Positions 1 through 9,597 of a stretch of 64,000 nucleotides of DNA are shown one piece after another (position 1 is the stretch's first letter; each line of letters opens with the position of its first letter). A model generated the notes under the pieces. It ran no database searches. It was not told the DNA's origin and saw only the letters and a list, made by a program, of their open reading frames with translations. Location: NCBI GenBank assembly GCA_035362315.1, contig DAOSDJ010000014.1, forward strand, positions 9,419-73,418, written 5' to 3'. The position numbers and the translations under genes are program-made. Source of the DNA: Candidatus Rifleibacterium sp. (GTDB lineage Bacteria > Muiribacteriota > Ozemobacteria > Ozemobacterales > Ozemobacteraceae).

Positions 1-70
1 AGCCTCAGGGATTACCGCAAAATATGAAGTCAGGCTCGAAACCACTGACACAACCCCTGCCATCAAAGAT

Positions 71-331
71 ATGCCGACTGATTTTGGCCCGGCAAAAATG
101 CTCAAACTGTCGATTGCCGGTCTTGAAGAAGCTTCCGGGACCATACAGATTCTTCAGGAAGACAAGCGTCTGCCAAAAAGCCGCGCCTATCCGCTTTCTT
201 ACCAGGTTCGCCGGGTAACCAGCTGCAAAGACGGCATTGTCGTGATCGTTTCTTACACCAGCCCCGGCTTTGAAGGCCCGAACTTCCGCTATATGGCGAT
301 CAGCGGCAAATTCACCCCGGCGCAGCAATAA
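71..331 (+). CDS. hypothetical small protein (86 aa)
   Basis: ORF follows an in-frame stop at 47-49 and has no recognisable motifs. The competing antisense ORF 5..358 looks like junk. Confidence 0.25.
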   Translation: MPTDFGPAKMLKLSIAGLEEASGTIQILQEDKRLPKSRAYPLSYQVRRVTSCKDGIVVIVSYTSPGFEGPNFRYMAISGKFTPAQQ

Positions 332-372
332 CAGCAGATACAGCTGACAAAATTTCACATGGAGAAAAAAAT

Positions 373-948
373 ATGATCAACACCAGATTCACAACCGTCG
401 CTCTCGCATTCATCGTGGCAGCAGCCTGTCAGAGCTTTGCCGGAGTCGAAGTCAAACCCGCCGCAGCCACAGCCGCAGCAGTAGAAACTGCATCAACAAC
501 CGCAGTCACAGCTGATGTCGCCAGCGCCACGGCAGAATTTCCGCTGATGCTGAAGGGAACCGAAGTCTTCATCGGCAGAGACGCCACTCGCGATGACCTG
601 GCTGCCAAATTGACGCCGATTCTCGGCGAAGCTACCGAAATGGAAGAAGCAAACAGACTGCAGTATGACTTCCAGATTGCAACCGAATCAGCCCCGGTAA
701 CCCTTTTTGTCGACTGGAACGAAGCTGGTAAAATCGCCGAAATCTGCATCGATGGCGAAGAAGTTCCGACCAGAGAACTGCAGGCATGGCTTGAGAAAAA
801 TGCCGGAGCCGGCAAAGACGGCGAAAAAGAAGAGGGCTACAACAACACCGTCTGGGAACACCAGGGCTGGAAATTTACACTGCGCACCGGTGGCGATAGC
901 GAAGATACCGCTTATTCCTTCACCGTCGTGCCGCTGTCGGCAAAGTGA
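373..948 (+). CDS. secreted hypothetical protein with N-terminal signal peptide
   Basis: N-terminus MINTRFTTVALAFIVAAACQSFA is a Sec signal. RBS ggag lies upstream. Ala/Thr-rich linker. Confidence 0.6.
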   Translation: MINTRFTTVALAFIVAAACQSFAGVEVKPAAATAAAVETASTTAVTADVASATAEFPLMLKGTEVFIGRDATRDDLAAKLTPILGEATEMEEANRLQYDFQIATESAPVTLFVDWNEAGKIAEICIDGEEVPTRELQAWLEKNAGAGKDGEKEEGYNNTVWEHQGWKFTLRTGGDSEDTAYSFTVVPLSAK

Positions 949-986
949 TCAGAACCTTTACAGCACGATCTGAAATGGAGAACTCA

Positions 987-1949
987 ATGAAAAAAATCCT
1001 GACTTTACTGGCAGTAATCATGACCGTGGCCTCGATGGGTCTGGCAGAGCCGATGAAGCTCGAACCAGCTCAGCAGAAAAATCTGAACGTATTTTTCAGC
1101 AACTTCTCTGAAGCCCAGGTTGCAAGCTTTTCTCAGGGCGCGCTGACCGATCAGACCATCGTCGACTTCGCTCTTCGGCACCTGTATCTCAACAAGTTCA
1201 AGTCGCTGAAACCTTCCAAAGACGGGCTTTCAGTCACGGCGACCACTGAGCAGGTCGACACGGCTGCGATAAAATACTTCGGGCAAAAGCCGGCGCAGCA
1301 CAAGGAAAAGACTTATTCAATCCCGCTTGCCGACGGCGAGGCATTCTTTTTCTCGCAGCTCGACACGCTCGAAGACATTGGCAGCGACACTTTCAAAGCC
1401 AGCGGCACCATTTACAGCACCGGTTCAGGCGGCACTCCCGACGTGCATGCAACTCCCGCAGACTGGGAAAAAGCCGGTGAAGAAGTAAGCGTCGCCGGCA
1501 AGTTCTCAGCTTTGATCAAAGCTCAGGATGAGCGCCACATTCTCGTCGAATATCTTCCGACCGAAATCGTTGCCGACGACGCCAGTACCGGCCCGATGAT
1601 CTGCGAATCAATTACCGACCCGCTCGAAGGTTCTGAAGCACCGGCGGCAGAACCTGCCAAAAAGGCAGACAACGCCCCGAAACTCGACAAGGAGCACGTC
1701 AAAAACCTTGTGACGAAAGATATTTTCGACTGGCAACTCCTCGACGAAGCCGGCAAAATCGCCCTCATACAGCAGATCAAACAGGTCTGGCGCGCCAATG
1801 GGCACGAAACCGATGCCAACGCAATGGAAGCCGGCGCCATCATTGAAAAAATGGTTCTCGGAGATCAGGCGAACGTGTTTGAATCTGCGTGCAAAGCGGC
1901 CGGCATCGACATGGAACCATATTGGAAAACCTATAACGATCAGGAGTAA
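987..1949 (+). CDS. secreted hypothetical protein
   Basis: Internal start MKKILTLLAVIMTVASMGLA is a signal peptide, preceded by ggag 8 nt upstream. The ORF-track start at 945 lacks an RBS. Confidence 0.55.
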   Translation: MKKILTLLAVIMTVASMGLAEPMKLEPAQQKNLNVFFSNFSEAQVASFSQGALTDQTIVDFALRHLYLNKFKSLKPSKDGLSVTATTEQVDTAAIKYFGQKPAQHKEKTYSIPLADGEAFFFSQLDTLEDIGSDTFKASGTIYSTGSGGTPDVHATPADWEKAGEEVSVAGKFSALIKAQDERHILVEYLPTEIVADDASTGPMICESITDPLEGSEAPAAEPAKKADNAPKLDKEHVKNLVTKDIFDWQLLDEAGKIALIQQIKQVWRANGHETDANAMEAGAIIEKMVLGDQANVFESACKAAGIDMEPYWKTYNDQE

Positions 1950-1954
1950 TTATC

Positions 1955-2821
1955 ATGCCTTCACTAAAACAGGTATGTGCTCTGCTTATCGCTTTTGCGA
2001 TCGGCTCTTCGGTTTCAGCACAGGCCGAAACATACAAACATCTGTCAGAGGCCCTGGCTAACCCCGAAAAAGCTACAAGACTGGATCTTGGGGCAGTATA
2101 TCAGGAAGATGCGGCTGAACCGGTCGAAGAAAACAACCCGGACTTTTCTCTGAAACTTTTGCCCGAAGCCTTTGGCAGCCTGACCAATCTGAAAGAACTG
2201 AATATCGGCGGCCTTGAAGCACTGGAAGAACTGCCAAAGGAACTCGGCAATCTCAAGAACCTTGAAAGCATCGTTATCGACAACGGCAACGGCTACCAGA
2301 TGAATGTCTCGCTGCCTGAAACGATTGCCGGTCTTGAGAAGCTGAAAATTCTGCGTCTCTACGGGGCTTTTGACGCTTCGGGTATTATGGAAAACGAAAA
2401 AGGCGAACCGGTTAAGGCAAAAAAGCTGCCGCAGGCTCTGGGAGCTCTTCAAAATCTTGAAGTTTTCGATATTGGCAGAAACGGGCTCAATGAAGTGCCG
2501 CCGCAGGTTGCCTCTCTTGCAAAACTTGTCACCCTGAATCTGGATTATAACGGCATCAAAGAACTGCCTGAGTTTGTCGGAAACCTCAAAAATCTGAAGA
2601 ATCTGACGATCAACTGCAACGGCGGTACCAGACTGCCTGATTCACTTAAAAATCTGAAAGGCCTCAATATTGCCATGGGCAATGCGGCATTGAAGCTTAA
2701 AGATCAGGAAGAGCTGCGAAAACGTTTTCCTGATGCCGTTTTCGATTTTTCCAGTGAATTCGACGACGAGACCGCCAACGAAATGATTCCGGAAGCTCCT
2801 GCCGACAACCAGGACAACTGA
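1955..2821 (+). CDS. secreted leucine-rich repeat (LRR) protein
   Basis: Signal peptide. Repeated LxxLxxLxLxxNxL units, for example LTNLKELNIGGLEALEELPKELGNLKNLESIVI and LAKLVTLNLDYNGIKELPEFVGNLKNLKNLTI. Confidence 0.7.
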   Translation: MPSLKQVCALLIAFAIGSSVSAQAETYKHLSEALANPEKATRLDLGAVYQEDAAEPVEENNPDFSLKLLPEAFGSLTNLKELNIGGLEALEELPKELGNLKNLESIVIDNGNGYQMNVSLPETIAGLEKLKILRLYGAFDASGIMENEKGEPVKAKKLPQALGALQNLEVFDIGRNGLNEVPPQVASLAKLVTLNLDYNGIKELPEFVGNLKNLKNLTINCNGGTRLPDSLKNLKGLNIAMGNAALKLKDQEELRKRFPDAVFDFSSEFDDETANEMIPEAPADNQDN

Positions 2822-3011
2822 CTCGACCTGATTCTTTTTCGACACTTTAACCAGTCTGTAAAAGCCATTATGGCTGACGCAGACTAAACTCTCTCTGCCA
2901 AGAACCCGGTCAGCAAGACTGTGCAGTTCGGCTTTAAATTCAGCGAGCGATTCGGCAGCGGCAGGCCCCTTTGGCACATTTTAAATTGAGCGCTCAAGCT
3001 CGATAGATAAT

Positions 3012-4289
3012 TCAGGCCGGGTCGAGAACAGTCAGGAATTTGTCGACGGCGGTGAAAAGCTCACCGGTCAGTTTGAGCATAAAAAAGCGGTCTTTGAGGT
3101 TGCCGGCGGTGATAAAGGTCTTTTCCTGGTCGGCAAGGCGAAAAATCGAAGGATCAGACTCGCGGAATGCTGTCTGCATTCTTGTGATGAAGTTGCGATA
3201 ACGGCTTTCGATCTCGGCGGCCGGCACTTCGTCACTGAAACTGCGGTTGGCAAAAAGAATGCGGTTGATGTTGAAAAGCCGTATAACCAGCTGGCGCTGG
3301 TGTTTCGGCGATCGGGTATTTTTGCTCTGCTGCTCGTAACGTTCAGCAACCCTGAAAAGACAATTGAAAAACAGGCGGCGCAGCTGACGATAAAACAGGC
3401 CGCCGCGTTCGATGCGGCTCTCAACGACGTATTTCTCAGGCTTCGGAACGGCAGCAAGAAAGCTGATCTGCTTGTTTGCCTCTTCGGCATGACCTTTGAG
3501 ACTCATCATCAAGCGCAGCAGGTCTCTGGCAAGCTCAAAATACATGCGAGTACACTTTTCGTAATCTTCAGACGCAGGAGATGAGACAATTTCTAAACTG
3601 CGGGCCTTCTGGTAGCGTTCTTTAAATTCAGCTGAGTTAAGCCAGTCGTTACAGGCATAATATACATGGCCAATATCAAGCAGCAGTTTTTCGGCACCGG
3701 CACTGCTGACTTTGCTGCCAAGGGCGGCACCCGGGGCATTGAACACATCTTTTACCAGTCGATTTTTCACCTCGGCATCTGATAGAGCGAAGGTTGTCAG
3801 CACTTCCTTTTCGCCGGTAAACGAAAGAATTCTCGTTGATGTAAGCGAACCACCCTTGCCCGAAGCAGCTTTCCAGTTAAAACCGGCGTTGATTTCATAG
3901 AATCCGGTAGTTTTTTTTCCGGAAACCTTGAGATTGAAGTTTTCCTTGAGAAGTTTGTGCAGGTTTGGGGTTTCGGTGTCGGTTATGCCCGGGTTCGAAA
4001 AGAAAATTGTCTCTCTGTCAGTCACAAAGGTCGAAAACGGGTAGAGCGCGCCGTCGGCATCGGCCAGACCGATCGCCTGCAGGCCATGCGGGTTCAGGTC
4101 GGCCTCCTGGTAGCATTGCTCGAGCACTTTCTCAGTCAGAGAAGCCGCGAGGAAATTTTCCGAAGTGAAGGTGGTTTCTTTTTTAAAGCTGTGCATGGCC
4201 TGAAAAAAAATAATCGAGGCCGAAACCAGCAGAAAAAAGCCGATCAGCAGTTCAAGCAGTGTCATACCACGGTTTGCTCGCTGGTTCAT
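3012..4289 (-). CDS. large type IV pilin-like / pseudopilin protein with prepilin N-terminal cleavage-methylation motif
   Basis: N-terminus MNQRANRG|MTLLELLIGFFLLV has G at -1 and E at +5, followed by a hydrophobic helix. 425 aa. Confidence 0.6.
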   Translation of the reverse strand: MNQRANRGMTLLELLIGFFLLVSASIIFFQAMHSFKKETTFTSENFLAASLTEKVLEQCYQEADLNPHGLQAIGLADADGALYPFSTFVTDRETIFFSNPGITDTETPNLHKLLKENFNLKVSGKKTTGFYEINAGFNWKAASGKGGSLTSTRILSFTGEKEVLTTFALSDAEVKNRLVKDVFNAPGAALGSKVSSAGAEKLLLDIGHVYYACNDWLNSAEFKERYQKARSLEIVSSPASEDYEKCTRMYFELARDLLRLMMSLKGHAEEANKQISFLAAVPKPEKYVVESRIERGGLFYRQLRRLFFNCLFRVAERYEQQSKNTRSPKHQRQLVIRLFNINRILFANRSFSDEVPAAEIESRYRNFITRMQTAFRESDPSIFRLADQEKTFITAGNLKDRFFMLKLTGELFTAVDKFLTVLDPA

Positions 4290-4858
4290 TCAACAACTCC
4301 CGAATTCTGCAGGCCAATCTCGAACATTGTCTGAAATTCGGCGCGCTCGGTCGCGAAACTGGCGGTAACATTGACCGTATTGGCGCTTGAAACGCGAAAT
4401 TTGATGTCTTTAACATACTCGGCAACCGTCGACGACATTTTCGGGTCAGATGCCGGGCTGCTGCTATTAAAGCCTTTCGTTTCAACCTTTTGATGAACGA
4501 GCTTGTACAAAGTTTTGCCGGTGCGTTTTGACAGTTCTTCGTCTTTCTGCTGATAGAGCACCCTGATGTTATTTTCACTGTCAGCAAAAAAGAGGGCAGC
4601 CGACTCTTCACCAAGTTCGGGCAGAATAAAATCGATGCCTTCTCTGACCGCTCTTACGATGCGATTTTGCGAGTTAAGTATCATTGCCTGCATCTGCATG
4701 TCGGTCGAAACCTTCTGCTGGTTGGAACTGGTCGTAGAAAACATGCCGAATACCATTGCCGCCAGCAGAGCCATTATGCCGACGACAACCACGAGTTCCA
4801 ATACCGTAAAACCGCTACTTGCGGCCGTTAAAGAACTTCTGTCAGATCGATTTTTCAT
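4286..4858 (-). CDS. pseudopilin (prepilin-type N-terminal cleavage/methylation domain protein)
   Basis: ...SSG|FTVLELVVVVGIMALLAAMVFG is a classic class III signal. 190 aa. Overlaps the downstream pilin-like gene by 4 nt. Confidence 0.65.
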   Translation of the reverse strand: MKNRSDRSSLTAASSGFTVLELVVVVGIMALLAAMVFGMFSTTSSNQQKVSTDMQMQAMILNSQNRIVRAVREGIDFILPELGEESAALFFADSENNIRVLYQQKDEELSKRTGKTLYKLVHQKVETKGFNSSSPASDPKMSSTVAEYVKDIKFRVSSANTVNVTASFATERAEFQTMFEIGLQNSGVVE

Positions 4859-4890
4859 AGTCGGTAACTCAAACTCTGCTGCGGCTGTAA

Positions 4891-5979
4891 CTAACTTGAT
4901 GTGGATGAAAGAACGAATTCGACGCGGCGGTTTTTCGTCTGACCGGCCTCTGTGTCGTTGCTGGCGAGCGGTTTTTCGCGCCCAAAACCTTTAACTGTGA
5001 GCCTTTCAGCTGCAATACCAACATTGATAAGATAGTCGGCCACGTTCTGTGCCCGCTGAATCGAGAATTCAAGATTGCTTTCGGCGGTACCAACCAGACC
5101 GGTCGTATGGCCACGCAGCTCGATTTTAATCTCGGGCCGGTCGGCAAGAATTTTAGCCATAGCGTCGAGCAGGTCTTTCTGTTCTTCGGTAAGCACTGCG
5201 ACGTCACCACCAAAATGAAAATCTTTGATTGCAAAGACCACTTCAGGGTCAGCACCGGTAGCCAGGGTCGCGATATCTTTCAGCGTCAGCGGAGTCGGCG
5301 CAGTCGGCGCAGTCGGCACCGTTGGGGGCGCTGGTCTTGGCTTGTCGGCATCCTTGACTTTGTCGGGTTTGATGCCGATTTTTTGCAGTGCCTCCTTAAG
5401 AGTCGGCGTCGCTTTGATGGCCTTGGCGATCTCTTCGGCCTTCTCACGGTTCTCTTCACGGGTTTCGAGCATATCATCGACGATTGCATCGATATCGCCA
5501 GGCGCCGCACCAGACTCATCGAGCATGTCATCATAGCAGACAGGTATGAAAAGATTGGTAAAATCGAGCAAATTCGGGTTGTATTTCATGCGCCAGTAGA
5601 ACAGGTGATTTTTGTTTTTAAAGCTCACCCTGACTTTAACATTGAACAGATACTGCGCCACATCATGGTCAGCCACTCTGAGATTGTAACTGCCGCCGAA
5701 CAGGCTGGCAGACTTGTCTTTTGGCCCGGATTTAAAAGAACGGTTGTTCCACTGCTTCGCCTGAATGTCGGCCAGCACTTCGACAAGTGCCGACCAGGCG
5801 ATGTTAAATGCACCCTGGTAGTCGTTGAGATGCTGAAGCTTGACTCGATTCGCTGATTGATACTGGGTAAGCGTCAGAATAAACAGGCCAACCGCCAGGG
5901 ATGAAAAAAGAATCAGCGGAAAAACGAAACCGCTGTTGCGCGGGCAAACGCAGGTTAACTGCCGCTCAAAGCATGACAT
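4891..5979 (-). CDS. membrane protein with C-terminal OmpA/MotB-like peptidoglycan-binding domain
   Basis: N-terminal TM helix and a Pro-rich linker PAPPTVPTAPTAPTP. The C-terminus ...NRRVEFVLS matches the OmpA_C-like fold. Confidence 0.7.
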   Translation of the reverse strand: MSCFERQLTCVCPRNSGFVFPLILFSSLAVGLFILTLTQYQSANRVKLQHLNDYQGAFNIAWSALVEVLADIQAKQWNNRSFKSGPKDKSASLFGGSYNLRVADHDVAQYLFNVKVRVSFKNKNHLFYWRMKYNPNLLDFTNLFIPVCYDDMLDESGAAPGDIDAIVDDMLETREENREKAEEIAKAIKATPTLKEALQKIGIKPDKVKDADKPRPAPPTVPTAPTAPTPLTLKDIATLATGADPEVVFAIKDFHFGGDVAVLTEEQKDLLDAMAKILADRPEIKIELRGHTTGLVGTAESNLEFSIQRAQNVADYLINVGIAAERLTVKGFGREKPLASNDTEAGQTKNRRVEFVLSSTSS

Positions 5980-6084
5980 GACTTTGCAGAACTTGAAACT
6001 TTCAATGTATTGCTTTAACTATAACCTTTTTTGGCACTCAGATTCAAATAAAACCTGCCAAAAAACAGAACCGGCAAAAAAGGC

Positions 6085-6774
6085 CTATTTATCTGCATCT
6101 GATGCATCTGACGACTGGCGATGACTGAAAAACAGAACGATCAGAACCGCCACTGAGATCAGAATCAGACCGACCATGCCGGCCAAAGCGATCTGAAGAT
6201 TTTCTGCCCGCTCATCGACAGGCATTTTAACACCAGCAACCTTTGCTATGGCTTTATAATACGGTTCAATCGTGCCATGTCGCCGGCAATAAACTATGCC
6301 ATTTTTTGTCAGATCACCAAAACTGAAATATTCACAGTCGGATTCAGGCGGGCGAATCCCATTCTTAAGGTAAAGGCCCCTGACCAGCGCTCCCGAGGCC
6401 ATAACGGCGTCGTCGTGCCGCAATGTTTTCATCATCGTTGCGTTGTCCATGTTGTACATTTCAATCGCACCGGCGATTACCCGCTGGTTTGCGTGGCAGG
6501 CCTTACCTCTCGCGGTCGCATAGGTAACCCTGAAGCCCAGAAAATTGTTCCAGATACGATTAAATTTTTCACGAATCGTTAGCTCAGTGTTTACAGGGTC
6601 GCGCGGCCTGGCAACCGCCTCAGGGAAAGGGCCAGCCTCAGCGAGCAGTTCGCGCATCTGTTTCTCGATATCATCTGCCTGCAATGGCTGAGGTTCAACA
6701 GCCAGCACGAGAAAAAGCACTGCCAGCAACAGCACGACTTTCAGACTTTTTCTGGGCGATAATGAAAAGGTCAT
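6085..6774 (-). CDS. secreted protein with C-terminal TM anchor and a pilin-like core motif
   Basis: Start chosen at MTFSLSPRKSLKVVLLLAVLFLVLA (signal peptide, RBS agggaag). Motif ACHANQRVIAGAIEMYNMDN. C-terminal hydrophobic helix LAGMVGLILISVAVLIVLFF. Confidence 0.5.
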   Translation of the reverse strand: MTFSLSPRKSLKVVLLLAVLFLVLAVEPQPLQADDIEKQMRELLAEAGPFPEAVARPRDPVNTELTIREKFNRIWNNFLGFRVTYATARGKACHANQRVIAGAIEMYNMDNATMMKTLRHDDAVMASGALVRGLYLKNGIRPPESDCEYFSFGDLTKNGIVYCRRHGTIEPYYKAIAKVAGVKMPVDERAENLQIALAGMVGLILISVAVLIVLFFSHRQSSDASDADK

Positions 6775-6926
6775 AAGATTTCTTCCCTGTCTGAGCAAAA
6801 TTATGCAGACGATTGTAACAGAAATACCCGAAGCGGAAAACCGGGCAGTCCTATCAGAAAATAGTTGCATAAACGCTTCTTTACAGGCAAGCTTAAGTAA
6901 AGAGAACATTAACAAGGAAAGCCGCA

Positions 6927-8192
6927 ATGACAAGAAAGTGGGCCATATTCTGGGTTCTGGCGATTGCCTATTTCTTTGTCATGTTTCATCGGTTCTGCAC
7001 TGCGGTAATGGCCGGCGACCTCACCGCCGACCTTGGCCTTGAACCGGCAGCACTCGGTTTTCTCTCATCGATGTATCTGCTTGGCTATGCAACGGTACAG
7101 ATACCGGTCGGCATCCTTTCAGACCGCTGGGGTGCCCGCAAGACCATATCACTGTTTCTGCTGCTGGCAAGCCTCGGCGCCTTTGCTTTCGGCAAGGCGG
7201 CTTCATTCGAAACGGCGGTTCTATCGCGCTGGCTGGTCGGTGCCGGGGTCGGCTGCGTTTATGTGCCGGCGCTCAGACTTATGGGCTGCTGGTTTGGCGG
7301 CGAATCTTTTGTATTTATGACCGGCATGATGCTGGCAGTAGGCAACCTTGGCGCCCTGAGCTCGACTTGGCCTCTGGCAGTTATAAAAAGCGTCTGGGGC
7401 TGGCGGGCCACCATGGAAATAGTCAGCGTCATCACCCTGCTTCTGGTGGTATTTATCTGGCTCGTGGTCAAAGACCAGCCTTCAGAAGCTGAAAGCCCAA
7501 AAGAAAGCACAACCGGAGCCGCTTCTGAAAAGCAGCCTGAACCTGACGAAGCGGTACCGCCGGCAGAGCGCACCGGCCTTCGCAGCATGCTTAAGTCAAA
7601 GAGATTCTGGGCCGTGACTCTCTACTTTTTCGCTTTCGAAACCACGATAATCAGCTTTCAGGGGCTGTGGGCCGGCCCTTTTCTCAAGCGCATCTACCAG
7701 ATGCCAGACACATCGGTCGGCTATGCCCTGACCTGGCTGGCTCTCGGCCTGATGGTCGGTGCCATCGCCTCTGGAGTTCTCGCAGGAAAATCGGTCAGAA
7801 GACGACATACGGTATTGACAGCCGGAATGTTTGGTTATCTGTTGTGCTGGGTACCGCTGGTTTTCGCCACTTCGACAATGCAGAGCTATCTGCTCCCATT
7901 GCTTGCCTTCATGGGCTTCTGCGCCGGCTTTTTCTCAATCAGCTTCGGCATTGCCAGAGAGTGCTTTTCGGCCTCGATGGCAGGCACGGCCCTTGGCGTC
8001 TACAATTTCACCGGCTTCGTCGGTGGCGGGCTCGGCATGTGGATCATGGGCCTGATCATCGGCTGGGTCTCTCCTGACGGCACCAGAGAAGTCGCCGCTT
8101 TTCAGGCCGCTTTCGGCCTTGCCCTTTTATTGATGCTGATCGGCTGGCTGATGCTCGTGCTTCTACCACGTGCCTGGTCGAACCAGAAATAA
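6927..8192 (+). CDS. MFS transporter
   Basis: Twelve predicted TM segments. MFS signature GILSDRWGARKTISL after TM2. Confidence 0.8.
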   Translation: MTRKWAIFWVLAIAYFFVMFHRFCTAVMAGDLTADLGLEPAALGFLSSMYLLGYATVQIPVGILSDRWGARKTISLFLLLASLGAFAFGKAASFETAVLSRWLVGAGVGCVYVPALRLMGCWFGGESFVFMTGMMLAVGNLGALSSTWPLAVIKSVWGWRATMEIVSVITLLLVVFIWLVVKDQPSEAESPKESTTGAASEKQPEPDEAVPPAERTGLRSMLKSKRFWAVTLYFFAFETTIISFQGLWAGPFLKRIYQMPDTSVGYALTWLALGLMVGAIASGVLAGKSVRRRHTVLTAGMFGYLLCWVPLVFATSTMQSYLLPLLAFMGFCAGFFSISFGIARECFSASMAGTALGVYNFTGFVGGGLGMWIMGLIIGWVSPDGTREVAAFQAAFGLALLLMLIGWLMLVLLPRAWSNQK

Positions 8193-8269
8193 TCAAACTG
8201 CTTGTGGCATCAGAATTTAAGTGATATTTTCTCTGACCGGTTCTAAATAAAAGCGTTGGCAGGAGTTTT

Positions 8270-9289
8270 ATGTTTGGGTTTCAGTGGCATCTGACCGATT
8301 TGTGCAATCGCCGGTGCCGGCATTGCTATCAGAGCGCCCATGAAGAAGCAGACCCGATGGCTGGTGCCGCTAAACGACGCCTGGCGGCCGATGCGATTCT
8401 GGCGGCAATTCCGAATGAGCCGGTAACTATCAATCTCACCGGCGGCGAACCGCTGATGCTGCCTGATCTTACCGACCTGATCGCCTATCTTGAAAATTAC
8501 GAAAATCTGGCCGAAATAAATATCATTACCAACGGCACCGTCGAAGACCGCAAATTGCTGACGAAGCTCGGCAGCTTTGCCCGGCTGCGCTCATTCAGAA
8601 TTTCTCTCGAATCCGGCGACGAAAAAATCAACGACTTCATTCGCGGCAATGGTTCTCTCGCAGGTCTGCGCCGCACGATTCCGCTCTACCGCGAAATCAC
8701 CGGCAAATCGGTGACGCTGATGATGACACTCTCGCGCCTCAACTGTGAAACGATAAAAGAAACGGTCGACTTCGCCAGAGAAACCGGCGCTGACGACATT
8801 CTCTTCGAGCGCTTCATACCGTTGGGCACAGGTCTGGACATTTCAGAGTCATTGTTGTCGGCAGATGACTGGTATAAAGCCATAAGAAGCATCGGCGCCG
8901 CTGCCGGTCTCGAAATCGACCCCGACGAACTGGCCGCATGCCGGGCTTTTGGTCTGATAACCAATGGCGAAGCAGAACCCGAAGACATTCTCGAAGCCGC
9001 TTTATGTAATCTCGGCCCCGAATCGATGGCTTTGATGCCAGACGGCACCGTTTTTCCGTGTCGCCGACTGCAGATTCCGGTCGGCAATATCCTGCATGAG
9101 CCATTCTCTGCAATCAGACTGCGGCTGGCAGAATGGGAATGCAGCCGCATAAGGCCAAAGCTGCATGGCATAGCCTGCGGCTCATGCCCATACGACGACT
9201 GCCCTGGGTGCCGGGCTCTGGCGCGAGCCCTTTCGGGCGACCCGCTCGGCGACGACCCACAGTGCGTTCTCAACCGCAAAGACAGCTGA
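8270..9289 (+). CDS. radical SAM / SPASM-domain enzyme (putative peptide or protein maturase)
   Basis: CNRRCRHC (CxxxCxxC) radical-SAM cluster motif near the N-terminus. Cys-rich C-terminus (CRRL...CGSCPYDDCPGC...QC) is typical of SPASM auxiliary clusters. Confidence 0.8.
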   Translation: MFGFQWHLTDLCNRRCRHCYQSAHEEADPMAGAAKRRLAADAILAAIPNEPVTINLTGGEPLMLPDLTDLIAYLENYENLAEINIITNGTVEDRKLLTKLGSFARLRSFRISLESGDEKINDFIRGNGSLAGLRRTIPLYREITGKSVTLMMTLSRLNCETIKETVDFARETGADDILFERFIPLGTGLDISESLLSADDWYKAIRSIGAAAGLEIDPDELAACRAFGLITNGEAEPEDILEAALCNLGPESMALMPDGTVFPCRRLQIPVGNILHEPFSAIRLRLAEWECSRIRPKLHGIACGSCPYDDCPGCRALARALSGDPLGDDPQCVLNRKDS

Positions 9290-9597
9290 CAGGCAAAATA
9301 GATCTCAAATGCACAATCAAACATACAGGCACGAATGTTACGAATACCCTACCGAAGCGCATGGATTCAGACAGATGGCCAACCTCGTCGATTCTCTCGA
9401 AAAAGAGGCGATCTTCTTCAGAAAGGTTCTTTCCGGCACCTGAGAATGCGACCGAATATGCCGTAGATAAAAAAAGACACCGGAACTCAACCGGTGTCTT
9501 TTTATAAGCGACATTTCAGAATCTATCTGCCCACGTGCCTTTCAATGCCCGCCCTGCTTTCTCGCTCCAGAGCGTTATCAATCCGGAATCAATTGTT

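Noticed and set aside
5-358. 117-aa minus-strand ORF at the window start
   Set aside because: Arg/Gly-rich, low-complexity translation with no motifs. It is antisense to a more plausible plus-strand ORF and to the upstream region of the 373..948 gene.
9133-9507. 124-aa plus ORF spanning the end of the radical SAM gene
   Set aside because: It overlaps the SPASM-encoding 3' end of the rSAM gene in another frame. Only the portion after the rSAM stop (9309..9443) was kept as a speculative small ORF.
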